Source of the DNA: a virus
Taxonomy: Duplodnaviria > Caudoviricetes
Strand: one strand, 5' to 3'
IMG/VR virus record: IMGVR_UViG_3300032038_000034
Location: 38,773 to 102,772 of that record
DNA: 64,000 nucleotides
Shown here: piece by piece, positions 44,501 to 58,027 of the stretch
Layout: the number at the start of each line of letters is the position of its first letter
How positions within the stretch are numbered: the first letter of the stretch is position 1
Notes under the pieces: generated by a model
What the model was told of the DNA's origin: nothing
What the model saw: the letters and a program-made list of their open reading frames with translations, nothing else
Databases searched by the model: none
Translations under genes and position numbers: made by a program

Positions 44501-45881
44501 TATATATATCAAATTCTGCAAGTTGTTTTTTGGCCGAACCTATCTCTTTTGTAATCTTATTTAACCAATCCTAGTTGTTATCGTTTGAATACAAAAGACC
44601 TTGTATGTTATCTAATTTCTTATCTAATCCGTATAAATTTCCTCTAATTCCACCAAGGTCGTCGTCAACAATCTTGTCAATTCTCTAAGCTATTCTAGAA
44701 GGTATAGATGTTGGTGCCCAACTTGCTAAATTATTGGCCACCTTCCACCAATCTTGCTATTGTAACTATTCTCGGATATCTCTATTTCTATAAAGTAAAT
44801 CTGCGTATAGTTTACGTTTTTCTTCGCTTAGCCCAGAAAGAGAATATTCGTTGTTTACAAATCTGCTGCCGCCTTCTAATGTTTTTGTGTTGGCTTCGTT
44901 TTCTCTATTAAATCTCTACAGTTGCGCTAAGTTATTAGCATATTCTTCTATAAGGTCTAAATTATCTTTTGTGCTCTACGATAAACCTAATAATTCATTA
45001 GATCTTTGTATTTGGCCAACAGGAACTTTTAATTGGCTTGCGTTTGTTTCTTCCATGAAGTCAGAAGCAAAACTTTTAGTCCACGCGGATTTTACTAATT
45101 CGGCAAGCTTTAAGCCCAAGTTCATAGTTCCTCCCGTTCCTACAGGAAGATTAACGCTTTTTCCAAAATAATCAGTAGGTTTTTCTACCGGTTTAGAATT
45201 GTCATCAGACATTAAATCTAATTGGATTTCAGCATCGTTTATTCTATCCTACAGGTATATAGGATCTGTTATCATCTTATAAGAATCTATCTCTCGATAC
45301 TCCTCATTTGAAAGTTGATAATCCTTGTTTAATTTACCAAACGTATTATTTTCTCTAATACGGCGGTTCATTCTATCTGTAGCAAGTTCTTTACCGGCTT
45401 TATCGTCCTCTTTAAACAGCTAGTTCATCTTAACTGCAGCTTTTGCAGCAATACTAGCCGGACTCATGTCTTTATTTGTTATTGCACGCAAAGATTGTCT
45501 TGAAGCCCATTGATTATATCTCGGATCCAACGGAGAAGGAATAAACTGGTCTTGAAACGCTGTAGGATCCGATGTTCTTGCAAGATAACTTTCAGGCGAT
45601 TCTGCGGTATAAGATTTTCCTCCTATACCGCTTTTCGCTGTTGAGCTGGGCTCTACTGTTTTTTTATCTTGTGCAACAGCATCCTTACGCTCAGATTCCT
45701 CTCTGTTGTTATTCTACGTTTCTTCACTCTATGCTGGCTGCGACAAAGATTCAACTTGCTCTTTTATTCTTTTTGCTTCATAATAAGCATCTAACGCCTC
45801 TTTAGCTTTTTGTAAAGTTTGTCTGTCTTCAGCAACTTTTCTTTGTTGCCAGCCTGGTGTATATTTATTCTTCTTTTTCAT
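29508..45881 (-). CDS. Giant virion RNA polymerase polyprotein (~5457 aa with TAG=Gln)
   Basis: About 20 fragments share one frame; the gaps I read contain TAG but no in-frame TAA/TGA. Catalytic GSDFDIDK (DFDID at 32637-32651), RIPTQAQSS, NVADGA, zincin HEAFH, a PD-(D/E)xK domain and a Gly/Ala-rich hydrophobic region. ATG at 45881. Confidence 0.88.
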
Positions 45882-45889
45882 AATCGTTA

Positions 45890-47578
45890 TTATTGAGCCC
45901 AACTAGGTTCTTCTGATAATATTGCATCTGTACCATATATAGTACCTTTTACAATATCGTCTGTAGTTTCTTTATCTGAATGTACAGCATTTTGATATCT
46001 TGTATCCTAAGTATTAACTATTTTTTGTCCTTTAGGTGCATGAAGCGTACCAAGTCTGCTATCATTTTTTACAGACGTAATGTTAGAATCAAGATACAAC
46101 GTTCTTGTTTTAATGTTGTCATAATCTACTTGTTGATTTCCTTTTTCATCAAGCAAAAAATTACCGTTATTATCTCTTTTGTATTTTACAGCCTAAACAA
46201 CACCTTCGAAGTGAGCCTCGTTTCTAGAATTTTTCATAAACGCCTAATAAGAACCTTCTGTGGGAGTATATACAATAACGTCAGCATCTTTCAAATCTTG
46301 TAAAGATGTTCCGATTTTTCTATTTCTGTATCCAGCCGTTCTTGATGCAAGTGTTTGCAAAGAATTAAGTTTGCCTAGATCTGATTTTGGTATTGCGATA
46401 GACTGCCCGTCAGACGTAGGTTTATATCCCATATTGACAAAATAGTTTATAATATCTTTTCTTCTATAAATATTTTGACCATAATGTTCTTTATACATCA
46501 AAATACCCTTATTAGAATATGATTTAGATCCTGTAGCATTCATTACCTGTTTGCCAAAATCAATCTGAGAATCTCTTTGTTGTCCAACAAGTTTATCAGA
46601 ATATTCCTAAACCTGTTTACCAAGTATAGCTGTAGTACCGCTTCTTCTAACAAGTTCAGCAAAACTCCACTGCGAATTTTGAGGATTTTGTTCTGCTCTA
46701 GATGCACGTGCGGCACGCATCCTAGAAGCGTCCTCTTGTTGCATTTTCCATAGTTCGTTAAGTTTTTTATCTTGATGAACTCTCTCGTGATTTGCAGCGA
46801 CTATATTTTTTCTAAACTGCTCCATTTTTTGAGCTTCTGTTGGATCTGTTATACCTTGTGCTGCTAAATCTTTAATTGCATTCTGATAATGAAATTGTCC
46901 CAAACTTGTGTTTAACAATCCGCCGAGTTTATCTGGGGTTAGCGATTTATACAAATCATTTTCAGTAACGCCATACCAATCGTAATGGTTTTTATCTGTA
47001 CCGATATACGAATCTTTTAGGTTATCAAATATATGTGTTGTATACTAATTTAAGTCTTGATATTTAGAAGTCTTACTAGCGCTCCATACACCACTCGGAC
47101 TTATGCCATTTGCAGGATCTCCTAAAGTACTCCAAGAACTTAAATCCCTGCCCAAGAATTTTTCAAGTTCCGGGTTTGTGTCGTCATCAAAAGAATCTAG
47201 ATATTTTTTTGCTGTCTCTGCACTCTATCTAACCTTAGCAATATCTCCAGTAGGCATAGAATATATTAACTATGCTACGGCAGCTCTACCTTCAGCACTT
47301 CTAAGAGGGTCTATACCTTGTGCATAAGCGTTTGTAATAAAGTCACGAACTTTGCCAGTAACATTTTTGTCGTACCAGTCCATATCTTTTTGAATAGGAC
47401 TCATAAAATCTCCATAGGTCTTGTTAAACTCTTTCATGTCTTCAAGACCTCTGAGATAATCATTGTATACAGCGTTTACATAGTCTGATTGCGCACTTAA
47501 GACCATGTTCGCTGTAGTTGGATCAAATATCTACTATCTTTGATATTCAACCGGTCTTTCTAATCCTAAAAAAGTCAT
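45890..47578 (-). CDS. Virion cargo/ejection protein (~562 aa with TAG=Gln)
   Basis: Fragments 46244, 46607 and 47270 are in frame; starts MTFLGLERPVEYQR(TAG)(TAG)IFDP; ends TAA TAA. Confidence 0.8.
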
Positions 47579-47580
47579 AA

Positions 47581-49830
47581 TTATGCGATTCCTCCTCTAA
47601 GGCGATATAGTCTTTGTAATTCTTCTAACTACGGAGACATAAAATTATAATACGAATTAGTTGGTACAGTTGTATTCGTGTTGGTTGTAGAATTATTATT
47701 TAATCCTTGCAATGCCTTTATTCTATCGATGCCAATCTGTTGATTAAATAATCCAAGTTTCTTATTCTCCAATGCTATTGCTTCTCTGTATTGGTTTTCT
47801 CTCATTACATCAGACGCAAGACTAGATGCAACAGTATATTTATCTTTTCGTACTTGATCTAACCAACCCTCTTTCATAGCATTTTGCTGTTGCTCCCACT
47901 GGAATTGATTATTTATACCTGCAGTCCTATACTGTCTGTTCTGAGCTCCAAGCTTTGCCAAAGCATCTGCATACATTGCAGTGTACTTGTTGTCAGCTTC
48001 ATTTTTAGCGTTGTACACATTAGCAAGATTATTTAAATATGCCTAGAAGTTAGCATTTTGTGCTATAGCTCTACCTCCTAAGCCAAGTCCTACGTTTCTA
48101 CGTACATTCCAATTTTGTTGATTTAACGCTCTTTGCGCGTCTCTCAAATACGGAGTTACATCATAACGAAGATTAGCCAGTTGATTTACGGCTGCACGAC
48201 CTTCTGCATCGTCTACATATAAATTAGGAGCATATGTATCTGCATTTTCGGCCCTTCTCTATCTAATAATATTTTCCATCAAACCTTCTAGATGAGGTAG
48301 TGCAGACAATGCATATTCTCCAATTAAACCTAATTTAAACCCGGGTAATTTGCCGTTTTTATATTTATTTATTTTCATATTATTTCTTACAATGTTTTGT
48401 TCTTCACTAAGAGCCAACAGTTTTTGGTGGTTATTCTCCATAGCTTTTTCTGCCATCATTGTTTGAAACTGCTTTTGTTTTGAAGACCCGCTTGCATTGG
48501 CTATTATATTTTTTAATCTATTTTGTTCTTCTATTATAGGATTCGCTATTTTTGCAAAACCAAGTTTATCGCTAAACACCACTGTTGGATCTCCAGGAGA
48601 TATTGACGACGGGATTATATCGCCATTTCCTTTACCTTTCGCAACGCTTCCGTCCATGGTTAAAGTATTATATAAGCCTTCATTTGGTGCAATCATACTC
48701 TGCGCTTTTCCAAAAGAATATCCCTCTGGACCCTATAGCATTTCTGATTTTCTTCCATGTTTTTTATCGCCGTCCATTTTACCGTATGGCGATTTACCAT
48801 ATTTAGCATGCGCTTCTAAGTCTTTTGACTTACCAACAGCTTGTGCCATCATATTTTGTCTGGCCGTAGCGTCTGCTTCATTTCGCATTTCTTCTCTAAC
48901 CTCGTCTTCGTTATCGCCAAATCCAAACAAACTGCCGAGACCGCCGATAAGAGCACCAACTCCTGCACCAATTCCGGTACCAAGAAGGTTTCCTAGACCG
49001 GGAATAATACTTCCTGCAAGTCCACCAATAGAAGCGCCTGTCCCTATCGAATTTATAGCAAAGCTTGTTTGTTTTGTTTTTCTTGCTTCATTTTCGTACG
49101 CAAGCTCAGCGTTTAAGTTTGGATTTCCATATATATCATACGTATTTCCTCCTGCAGTCGTATACGTACTTTTGCTTCTTGTGTTCTGCATGTCTGCTGC
49201 AGTTCTGTGGCTTCCAGCATTGGCTATATCATTATACATACTATAACCGCCGTACGCAGCACCAATTGCGTTTAAAGCAATTCCTGCACCGCCAAGCACG
49301 CCAGATGCGGATTTTGATGCCGCACCAGACGAAGCTCCTGCGGCAGTACTACCTGCTGTACTAGAAGTTGTTCCGAAAAATGCCTATGGCGAACTAGCGC
49401 TAAGACTTCCGAGCTGGCTTGCGCCATTGCTCAAAGATGACATAGAAGATCCTAAAAAGCCGCCTCCTCCGACACCAGACGTAGGCATCCATGTTGGCAG
49501 TGTAGTCGAAAATGATCGCAGTGGAGTGTTTGCAAACGTATTTATAGTAGTTAAGTTTGTTTTTGGCAAAAACGATGTTGCTGTACTAGCAGTAGAACCG
49601 TGCTACAATGCCTATAGAGGATAGCCAAAAGTTTGTGACGCTTGATTTATTGCGTTTGGCACGCGATTTTCACGCATCGCTCGTATTTCTGGCTCAATAC
49701 TCTACCCCTATTCTACGCTAAACGTAGCATCGCCAATTCCTTTTGTAGGTTGATAGCCTAAAGGAAGACCGCGTTTCATAGTTCCAAGGTCATATCGCGG
49801 TAATTTTTTATTTGTTTTCTTCTTTTTCAT
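47581..49830 (-). CDS. Virion cargo/ejection protein with Gly-rich TM helices (~749 aa with TAG=Gln)
   Basis: Four fragments in frame; GxxxG-rich hydrophobic stretch; ATG at 49830. Confidence 0.8.
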
Positions 49831-49831
49831 A

Positions 49832-52800
49832 TCAGCTGTAAGATTGTCTTATTTTTGTTATTACGTGCGATATAGTAAAGAACTCGTGTGGTGTTTGTTC
49901 AAAACTTGTCCTTAACCACTTACCGCGCATTCTGTTTCCCCACACATTTTCTCCGTATCTAGGAATGTTGTATATTATATTTCCCTCTCTATCTGTATGT
50001 GGTTCTATTGAGTTGGTGTTTGTGTTGTTTATGTCTGTTTCAAATTCGGTAGTTGCCACAAACGGAATGTTCTCTCCTTTGTATTGTGACCTTTTTACAG
50101 GAATTATTTGCTACGAATCAAACACTTTTGTAGTAGACACCGATGGATTTACAATGAAAGATAGTTGTATTGGTGACAAGAATAACTTATCTTTTTCTAT
50201 ATTTTTTATATTTTCTGTATCGATATAATTAAACTTTACAAAACTATCGTCTACAATACCGTAAATATGATTTTTTATATACACAATATCTTCATATCGT
50301 CTTGTGTATATAGACGTAGCAATATTATACTTTATATTAAATATAATCTGCTATTCGTCTTTTAAACATTTACAAAGAAGTTCGTTATTCTATAAATCGT
50401 AATCTACTTTTGGAATACGATCTATTTCTATATTGTTGTTTATGATGTTCTAAACATTAAGAACCTCTCCTAGATTTATAGCTTCTTGCGAATTTCCTGC
50501 AACAATAGCCCTATTGTTTATATCAACCCAATAAACTTTTCCTTCTGCAGCAATAGCACAATAATCATATGGTCTCATTCCATACTTAGTACTTATATAA
50601 TCGTATCTGCTAAGAATACCTGCTTGTCCCAGCATGATAGTGTTGCCATTCTAATCGTTTATAAGCGATCGCTCATTCACACTAAACTTACCAAAAGCTG
50701 TATTCTGCCAGTAATATAATACGTTCTTGTCGGTCAGAAGGTTTGTAATTTCTCCATACTTGCTGTCTACATCGATAAAACTCGAAGGTTTAAATATATT
50801 AAAATTGTCTATAAACTCTCCGTTTATCTTCGGTTCAGAATAATATGTTCTGTGAGGAAACGTATTTGTTTCATTTGGATCTGTGTATATCGTTGAATAT
50901 ACATCGTTTGACACATCGTTGTTTGAGTATATCATGTTATATTGATGTGCGGCTCTATTTTGAGACACTAAACCATCAATAGATCCCGGCTCGTATAACA
51001 AATTTGCACTTTGGGTATTTAAATAATTCATTCCATAATCAAAGAACGTATTTACTTTAGATTCCATTGGAACGTAGTTTGTAACCTAATTGGATTCTAA
51101 CGTGTCTTTTGAGTTGAAATCGTAAGCCTTGTACATAGTTGTTATTTCGTGCGGAGTGATATATATATCTCCGTCAAAGACGATCATTGAATCGTCGTAT
51201 ACAACATTGTCATTTCCGTCTTTATAGTTGTGCTTTACAAGATATTTATCATCACCGTTTACGTTCTTCAACTCAAGGTTAAAATAGTTTCCAAATCCAA
51301 AATATTGTACTAATTCTTCCGATTCAGAATTTTGAAATTCTATGTCATGTTCTATATTACACAGATACGTTCCAAGAGGTGTATTTGTTGTTAAACTGTC
51401 GGCAAAATCAAAAGTATCGTTCGCATTTGTACCATACATTTTCGTTTTATCTAGAGCAATTAACAAACAGGACGGTCCTGGACCAATAAACCCTTTGGAA
51501 TAAATACCGTAATCGGCATAACCTATTGGTGTTGCTGCTGTTACAACGCTATCTCTACTACCTCCGTTCGTATCGCCAAAATCTTTTCCATAAACAAATT
51601 GAGCAGTTCCCCAACTATCTTCCGAGTAGTCTCTTGGTGTGTTTGGCTATCTTTCGTCGTATATTTGCAAATCATATAACCCAAACGAAACCCAGTTATT
51701 GAATACATACTCATCTATAGAACTTTCATATTGTTTGTATTGTTTTATACCGCCAGATATTTCTATTCCATTATACTAAATATTACTAAATCCTTCATAC
51801 CACTTTGGTATTTTTACATCACTTTGCGATATTATTTTATAACGATATGGTGTGTTAGATAGGCTTTGCGTATAATAATTATATATATATCGTTCTGACG
51901 TTTTGTCTTTCTGTCGAAGATATGCCTAATCACTTTGAATGTTGCGTTCTTCGTCTATTTTTGGAATATACAACGGGTATTGTACTGTTCCAATAGCATC
52001 TGCGTCTGATGGATTGATATTACGATCTAAATAATCGTTTGACTCTGCAGACGTGTCTTTTATTGAATATCTAGAAAATTTAATACCCCATTTGTTTTCT
52101 GTAGCAAACTGCTGTCTATTTAATTCGTTTAATTTATCAAATAAATTCTCTAGATCAGGAGACACGCCATAGTACTGTAGACCTTCAGTATCATTCTATA
52201 CCTATATTATATCAGTACTAGGACATAATATCTGTACAGGATTTAAGTAAACATTATTGTTTGATATTTTTCCGGAAACGTCATCTCGTCTAAAATCTAT
52301 TTCTGAAGAAAAAATCTAAAATAGTGCTGTATTATCGATTGTTGTTGCGTGGCCAAACTTATCGAGTGGCGGCGTAGTCAGATAATATCCATCTAAGATC
52401 GCATGATTTGATGTTAAAAATCCAAGAGGATAATACGGAGATTGCTTAAATGTATTATTTGTTCCCTATTGATATGTCTATTGATATAATCTTTGTCGCA
52501 GCGGTCTTGCTATTGCAACCTATAATAAAGTTTTTTGATAAATATCTTTTGACGATCTACGAACTATCTAACAACCTACAATATTTGAAACAAGGTTCTA
52601 GTTTATTTTTGGCTGCGGTAATGTTATTTTTATACCTATAGGAATTGCGTTAGTTGTTACTTTGTTAGAATTAAAAACACTTTCAAAAAAACTACTAGGT
52701 GAATTCGGAATTATAGTTTCTATTTCAATATCTCCAAGACTAAGCACGTCGCTTCGTCTTCCTAAACTGTCGTAGTAAACAATACCGTATTTATAAGTTT

Positions 52801-54097
52801 CACCTCTACGCAAAGATCTCAACAAGCTAGATGTAAAGATATCGTTATAAGAATTTTTTGCAAGCGTCGAATTTATATTTCGATCCTCCATATAATCCTT
52901 AATAGATATAATCTAATTCCCAGCATCATCTAAGATATAATCAGAATTCGAAAACTATTCTCCTTGTGTGTTCGGCAATGAATAATCCGTAACTCCTTTG
53001 TGAATACAAACCTTTGTTTTCACCGGAGATATATATGTATTATTGGTGTCTAACTAGACATTTTTTATTATAGTATCGTCCGTAACATTTGAAGCAAACA
53101 TGTAATCTTGGTTATTTTCTATAGCTTTTGGAATTATTTGTATTCCTGACAGACTAGAAAATTCTTCCATTGTTAGTGTTTGCAGTGCTTCTGTACCTAC
53201 GTCGTTAAATGTACTTTGCTTGTCTCCGTCGTAAATTAGACATACTTCTGCATCCTGATTTTCTTTTATATATTGAAGACGGTAAATCTACATTCTGCCA
53301 AAGTTATAATCTTCGACATTTTTTATCACAAGCTTAAATCCCACTGTCGTCGTTGTATCTTCCGCGTTTCCAGTCTCCTTTCTTCTGTTCGAGTCTATAA
53401 CTTGTATTTTGTTGGTAAGTGGGGCAAGTTGTGTAGTTATTCCGTATTTATTGTAAAATCTATACGTATATTGTATTTGTGACGTTTTTAGTTGTCCGCC
53501 TATTTTTTGTGATATGTATATAGGATTATTTGGTTTTATTCTGTTGTTTATCAACAAATCTATATCGGCATCTTCAACGTATTGTTGTTCGTCGTCAACT
53601 CTTATTGTTAATATAGGCCAAATACCAGTTGCAATATATGCTTTTGTTACATTATCCAACTCTTTGTATAATACAACAGATACTTGTGTTAACGTAGATA
53701 TTTCGGCATATTGTTTTGTTTTTAAAACTTCTTTATAAGATGTTAAAACGTCGTTTTCTATAGAAAACTTATATACGCATAGGCGCTGCCCAGAATCGTC
53801 TTTTCCAACAACAATACCTATGTTGTCTACTGTAGCTGTTCCTAAAATAGATCCTGGTATATCTACAATTACATCATTGTTAAGTTTATTTATTGTAAAT
53901 CCGCTGTATACCGGAGTAACTATTCCTTCGTGTACCGAGGAGTAATCTTCAGCAGTATCTCCAATAAGCTAATTCTTTGTTATACGTATGTTTTTTGCGT
54001 ACGTATACTATGCATTCTAAAGCTGGTCATAGGCTTGATCGGAGTTCATTCCTTTTGTAAAGGAGTTTATGTATGAATTATTTTCATTAATAACCAT
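49832..54097 (-). CDS. Tail stabilisation/muzzle protein (~1421 aa with TAG=Gln)
   Basis: Seven fragments in frame. N-terminus NSFTKGMNSD...YTYAKNIR, SLRRGETYKYGIV, DVDSKYGEI and RMRGKWL are typical of this crAss tail protein. Confidence 0.82.
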
Positions 54098-54938
54098 AAT
54101 AATAATCGTTGTAGAACTGCTGATCGTCTCCTTGATGCTTGAAGAACGTATCGTCTTCATCAATCTCAGGTATCAGCCTATTCCATTCATTCTTTATATT
54201 TTGTATATCGTCTGCTGTAGGCATCATTGCTTCAGCGTATGCTTGGTTTCTATAGAAATTCCATTGCTGTTGTATATAAGCATACATATTCTATCCAGCA
54301 TTTACACCTTTACCTCCCAATGTACCTTTCATCCACTTAGAGAAAGAAAGCTTCATTACAACGTACCAGTATACAGCTTCTTGATATGAAGCGAGGTCTG
54401 GTATCAGAGGATAACCTCTCTCATCTGTTGCAATAGCCTTATAGGCAAGCTTTATAAATCCGTCTCGCTTATTTGTAACCAACCAACCAGGCTTAATAAA
54501 GTATTGAGGATCTTCTGTTGGTTTATATTCCTTCAAATGTCTTGCTTTATCTAAGAACAATTGAGCTTGCGTTGTATACGCTTTGACTCTCATTGGTTGA
54601 TGTGGATCATGTGGATGTCTGTCTGGTTTTGGGTTTTTAAATATACCAGTCATAGTTCTCATTGGTACCCATCTGCCTTTTGGTTTGTCGCAATAAGCAA
54701 CACCGTCTAGATGCTATAAATCATCAGGCAACGGTACCTGATGATCCTATATCTTCAATAGTGGCACACCATCTGATCCAGATTCTTTGTGGATATACTA
54801 CATTGGTGCACCTATCTTTTCAACAGCTTCAAATATCCATTCACGTATATCTGTAGTACGCTATCTGACTTCTGTTGAGTCTAAATCTGCCATAACCTTT
54901 GCTATGATAGACTCACATTTTGTATAATTGTATATCAT
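54087..54938 (-). CDS. Tail ring/tubular protein (~283 aa with TAG=Gln)
   Basis: Read through by hand: MIYNYTKCESIIAKV...IREWIFEAVEKIGA...DERGYPLIPD...EAVYWY. Confidence 0.8.
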
Positions 54939-55350
54939 TGATATCTATATAATCTTGTTTGTTGAATATTAGTTGAGCTAATTTTCGCTTATTTTGTCTA
55001 ACGAGACACAGTTGATATTTGTATCTATCTGGAAATGTCCTAGGTATCTTAGACCAATATAGTCTATATTTATATCCATCAGAGTGTTCGTTTAGGTGAT
55101 ATATACGTTTATCAAACTCTTTTGAACTCTTATAGTCGACTGATAATGATTGTGGAGATAATGTCTTAGGTCTGTATTTTCCGACCTGTATAAAACCTAA
55201 TCCGTAAGGCATTTTAAAGCCTTCTGAGCGCTCTAATACGCATTCTAGGATAACTTTACACATCTCCTCTAAAATGCGTTTATAGAGGCCGTAATTGACC
55301 TCTATTGGCATTTCCTTGTACATATCTCTAAACGTACGCGATTGTTTCAT
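54913..55350 (-). CDS. IHF/HU-like DNA-binding protein of the crAss tail module
   Basis: Helical N-terminus followed by FKMPYGLGFIQV; typical position. Confidence 0.7.
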   Translation of the reverse strand: MKQSRTFRDMYKEMPIEVNYGLYKRILEEMCKVILECVLERSEGFKMPYGLGFIQVGKYRPKTLSPQSLSVDYKSSKEFDKRIYHLNEHSDGYKYRLYWSKIPRTFPDRYKYQLCLVRQNKRKLAQLIFNKQDYIDINDIQLYKM

Positions 55351-56087
55351 TATTCTTCGTCGTCTTGTGGTCCATGTGGCTTAACACTTGCCAACGTAGC
55401 ATTATTACTATCGTCGCTAGGTCTGTTAAGCATGAACGCAAGTTCATTATTTAAAATAAGCTTTTTGATAGGAGGAACCATCCATGCTGGAATCTTTACG
55501 TCGTCCTCGTCGTCCGGATCTTTATCTTCGTCGTTATCATCGTCGTTCTGTACTTCGTATACAGCTAATACATATACGTATTCCAACAATCCGCCGTCTT
55601 GTAAACCTTGCACATATACGTGCTTGTCGTCTTTGTAGAACGCTGTCATCTCTCCGAATGTGTATCTACGGAAGTTTTGATAATGTCTACGGATGTGGTT
55701 CATATATTGTATATTCTCGCCGGCCTCATCGTGTACAGCAAGTATACTGCTTGGAGCATTGTCTACGATGTCTTCGAACGTATCTTCTGTACGTTTAGTA
55801 TACGATTCACGACCTTCATCTTCAGATTCTACAACCTCTAGTTTGTGTGGACCAGTCTCTCGCATCTCGAAGAACTCGTTGTCTATAAGATCTTCCCAAT
55901 CGAGGTTATACTTCTTCTTACGGTCCTTGAGTTCATCCAACCGCTGCTTCCACAACTATCTACGATAAGCATTGACCCACGAGGCTATTTGAGCTCTTGA
56001 TAAGTCCTCACTCTCACTAATATTGTTGTTTCTCACAAGGAGCAGTATATCATCAATGATTTCCTTTAGTGATATTTTAGCAACCAT
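55350..56087 (-). CDS. Tail ring protein (~245 aa, one TAG)
   Basis: Extends upstream through a TAG at 55956-55958 to MVAKISLKEIIDDILLL. Confidence 0.78.
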
Positions 56088-56091
56088 ATTA

Positions 56092-56751
56092 TTATTTGTT
56101 TGATACAACAACTCTTACATCTCCTGTATTAACCAAATCGTTGGTGTTGTATACCTCGTATTTAGTCTTTGTTACCTTCTTAAAGTCTAATGTAAAGAGT
56201 CGTTGAAAAAAGTTCTTTTTATTCTTATACTCTCGGGTATTGTATATATAGAAGAACTATTCGTTCTATAACTTAATGCCTATACTTACTGTATCTTTTC
56301 CTATAGTATAGTTTACTTTAGTTAAGTCATTATATTGTATACTATCATTATAAACAGTATCTTTAAGTATAGTTAATAGATCCCCCTATACCCCCTTACT
56401 CTTATTAACGTCTAAAACCTGTGTTTGAGTTGCAGCAGCAGAAACATGCTTTGATTTTATTTTTAATTCTTCTCTAACACTATCGAGCTTTTGTAACGTT
56501 TTGTCGTTTTGGTCTTGTAAAGTTTCGATATCTAGCTTTAAAACATTATTGGCCTACTAGGAGTCGTCTAGCAACCCCTAATAGGCCTCAATGTTGTTCT
56601 GAGCCATTTCTAGGCCCTCTGACAGCTTTTTATTCTTGCTGTTAAGAGTTATCCCCCACGACAGCAAAATTGCAACAGCGAGGCCGCAAACAGCCTTAAA
56701 TGCGATATCACGATTCTTTACTATCCACTTTAGAATCGTCATTATTTCCAT
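56092..56751 (-). CDS. Putative spanin-like lysis protein (219 aa, six TAG), absent from the ORF track
   Basis: Read through by hand: N-terminal TM (AVCGLAVAILLSWGITL) then coiled coil; overlaps the end of the holin gene. Confidence 0.72.
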
Positions 56752-57226
56752 TGTTAAAATCGATTTCTGTTCCTATGTAATCTTCACCTTTTTTCTTTAA
56801 GAAGTTGCCTAGTGCTTTCCAAGGTCCCTCTGGATTAAGGGTGTTTAGGTTCTCTAGGATAGACCACAGTTCAGTCAAACTGATTATAACCGTGGCGCCT
56901 CCTGTCAACACAAATACGCCTTGTTCTCCAAGCACTGCTAGTTCCAGAAGACGAGCTAGCGATATGATCGTAAACTCGTCTATAAGTTTAACTAAGGTAC
57001 CCTTCCAATTCTTATGACTATCTATCTTTTTCTTAGTCTTTATAGCAATCTTTATTCCGTATATCATATCGGTAACGGTAAAAGCAAAGCAAGCTAAAAG
57101 TAAAAGCATAATTGGAGAATAAAATCCTGCGGCTATAGAGCCAGCTCCGATCAACACCTTTCCCCACCATGTGCCGGCAGAGAGAGATTCGAACATATTT
57201 CCAATTGCGGTTAAAAGCTTAGCCAT
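56708..57226 (-). CDS. Holin (phage holin family 4-like)
   Basis: Several TM segments, D...G motif, ELWSILENL; start placed at MAKLL. Confidence 0.85.
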   Translation of the reverse strand: MAKLLTAIGNMFESLSAGTWWGKVLIGAGSIAAGFYSPIMLLLLACFAFTVTDMIYGIKIAIKTKKKIDSHKNWKGTLVKLIDEFTIISLARLLELAVLGEQGVFVLTGGATVIISLTELWSILENLNTLNPEGPWKALGNFLKKKGEDYIGTEIDFNNGNNDDSKVDSKES

Positions 57227-57228
57227 AA

Positions 57229-57966
57229 TTATAAATCTTCTTCTTCGTACCAACCGGTAGCAGATGATATATCTACAGCAACAATTGCGTTATCGCTCCT
57301 ACCAAGATTAATGTTATTATTGCTATATCGCCCAGATACAACGTATATGTCGCTTGAAACAAGATCGCTATCAACATTATTTATCTCGATGAGAGCTGAA
57401 TTATCCATTATCGTTTGTCCTTCGTTGTCCTGCTCTTCGGTAGTACTAACAATTTCAAAAAGATCGGTTGCGTTTACTGTAACAGTTCTTTTGTTACCTT
57501 TGTATCCGGCATCATATATCTCTCCAACTACTACGAGAGAATACTTTCCAGGAAAGCGTTGTGCAGCAGCGGGGAATGATACAATAATCTTGTCTCTATC
57601 TCCTGTATATTCGATATCAGATTCGTATCTTGTTAGATTTACATCCTTAAACGGAAAGCATTCTTTCCAATTAGGATATACACCAAATCCCTTATATTCA
57701 TTGTGCACATATGCATGATATTTAGGATAACCAGAACAATTTATATTGTGCTTAGTTGGCTCAAATTCGTTTACAAAAGGTTCGATAGGAAATCTACCAA
57801 TAAATCTATTCTTCTTAATATACTTATCCTTCAACTCCTTCTCAAGCGTAGAATTTATAAAGAAAGCTCTGGCAGAGAGGATTTGAGTCGGTTGTTGTTC
57901 TCCTGACTCGTTTTTTAAAGGAAGTTGTATCTTAAGACGTATATCGTTTCCTATTCTTATCTTCAT
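57229..57966 (-). CDS. Virion structural protein (tail/fibre-associated)
   Basis: 245-aa beta-rich ORF starting MKIRIGNDI, within the structural operon. Confidence 0.7.
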   Translation of the reverse strand: MKIRIGNDIRLKIQLPLKNESGEQQPTQILSARAFFINSTLEKELKDKYIKKNRFIGRFPIEPFVNEFEPTKHNINCSGYPKYHAYVHNEYKGFGVYPNWKECFPFKDVNLTRYESDIEYTGDRDKIIVSFPAAAQRFPGKYSLVVVGEIYDAGYKGNKRTVTVNATDLFEIVSTTEEQDNEGQTIMDNSALIEINNVDSDLVSSDIYVVSGRYSNNNINLGRSDNAIVAVDISSATGWYEEEDL

Positions 57967-57972
57967 GGTGAT

Positions 57973-58012
57973 AAAATAAAAAAGCCGAGATGGGCGTAGC
58001 CCACCCCAGCTT
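57973..58012 (-). terminator. Intrinsic terminator
   Basis: On the - strand: GCTGGGGTGGGC-TAC-GCCCATCTCGGC followed by TTTTTTATTTT. Confidence 0.88.
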
Positions 58013-58027
58013 AGTTAATTTTTGTTA

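Noticed and set aside
22171-56751. Fragmented ORFs as pseudogenes or sequencing errors
   Set aside because: The fragments stay in frame and the breaks checked are TAG. Essential motifs are intact, so recoding explains them.
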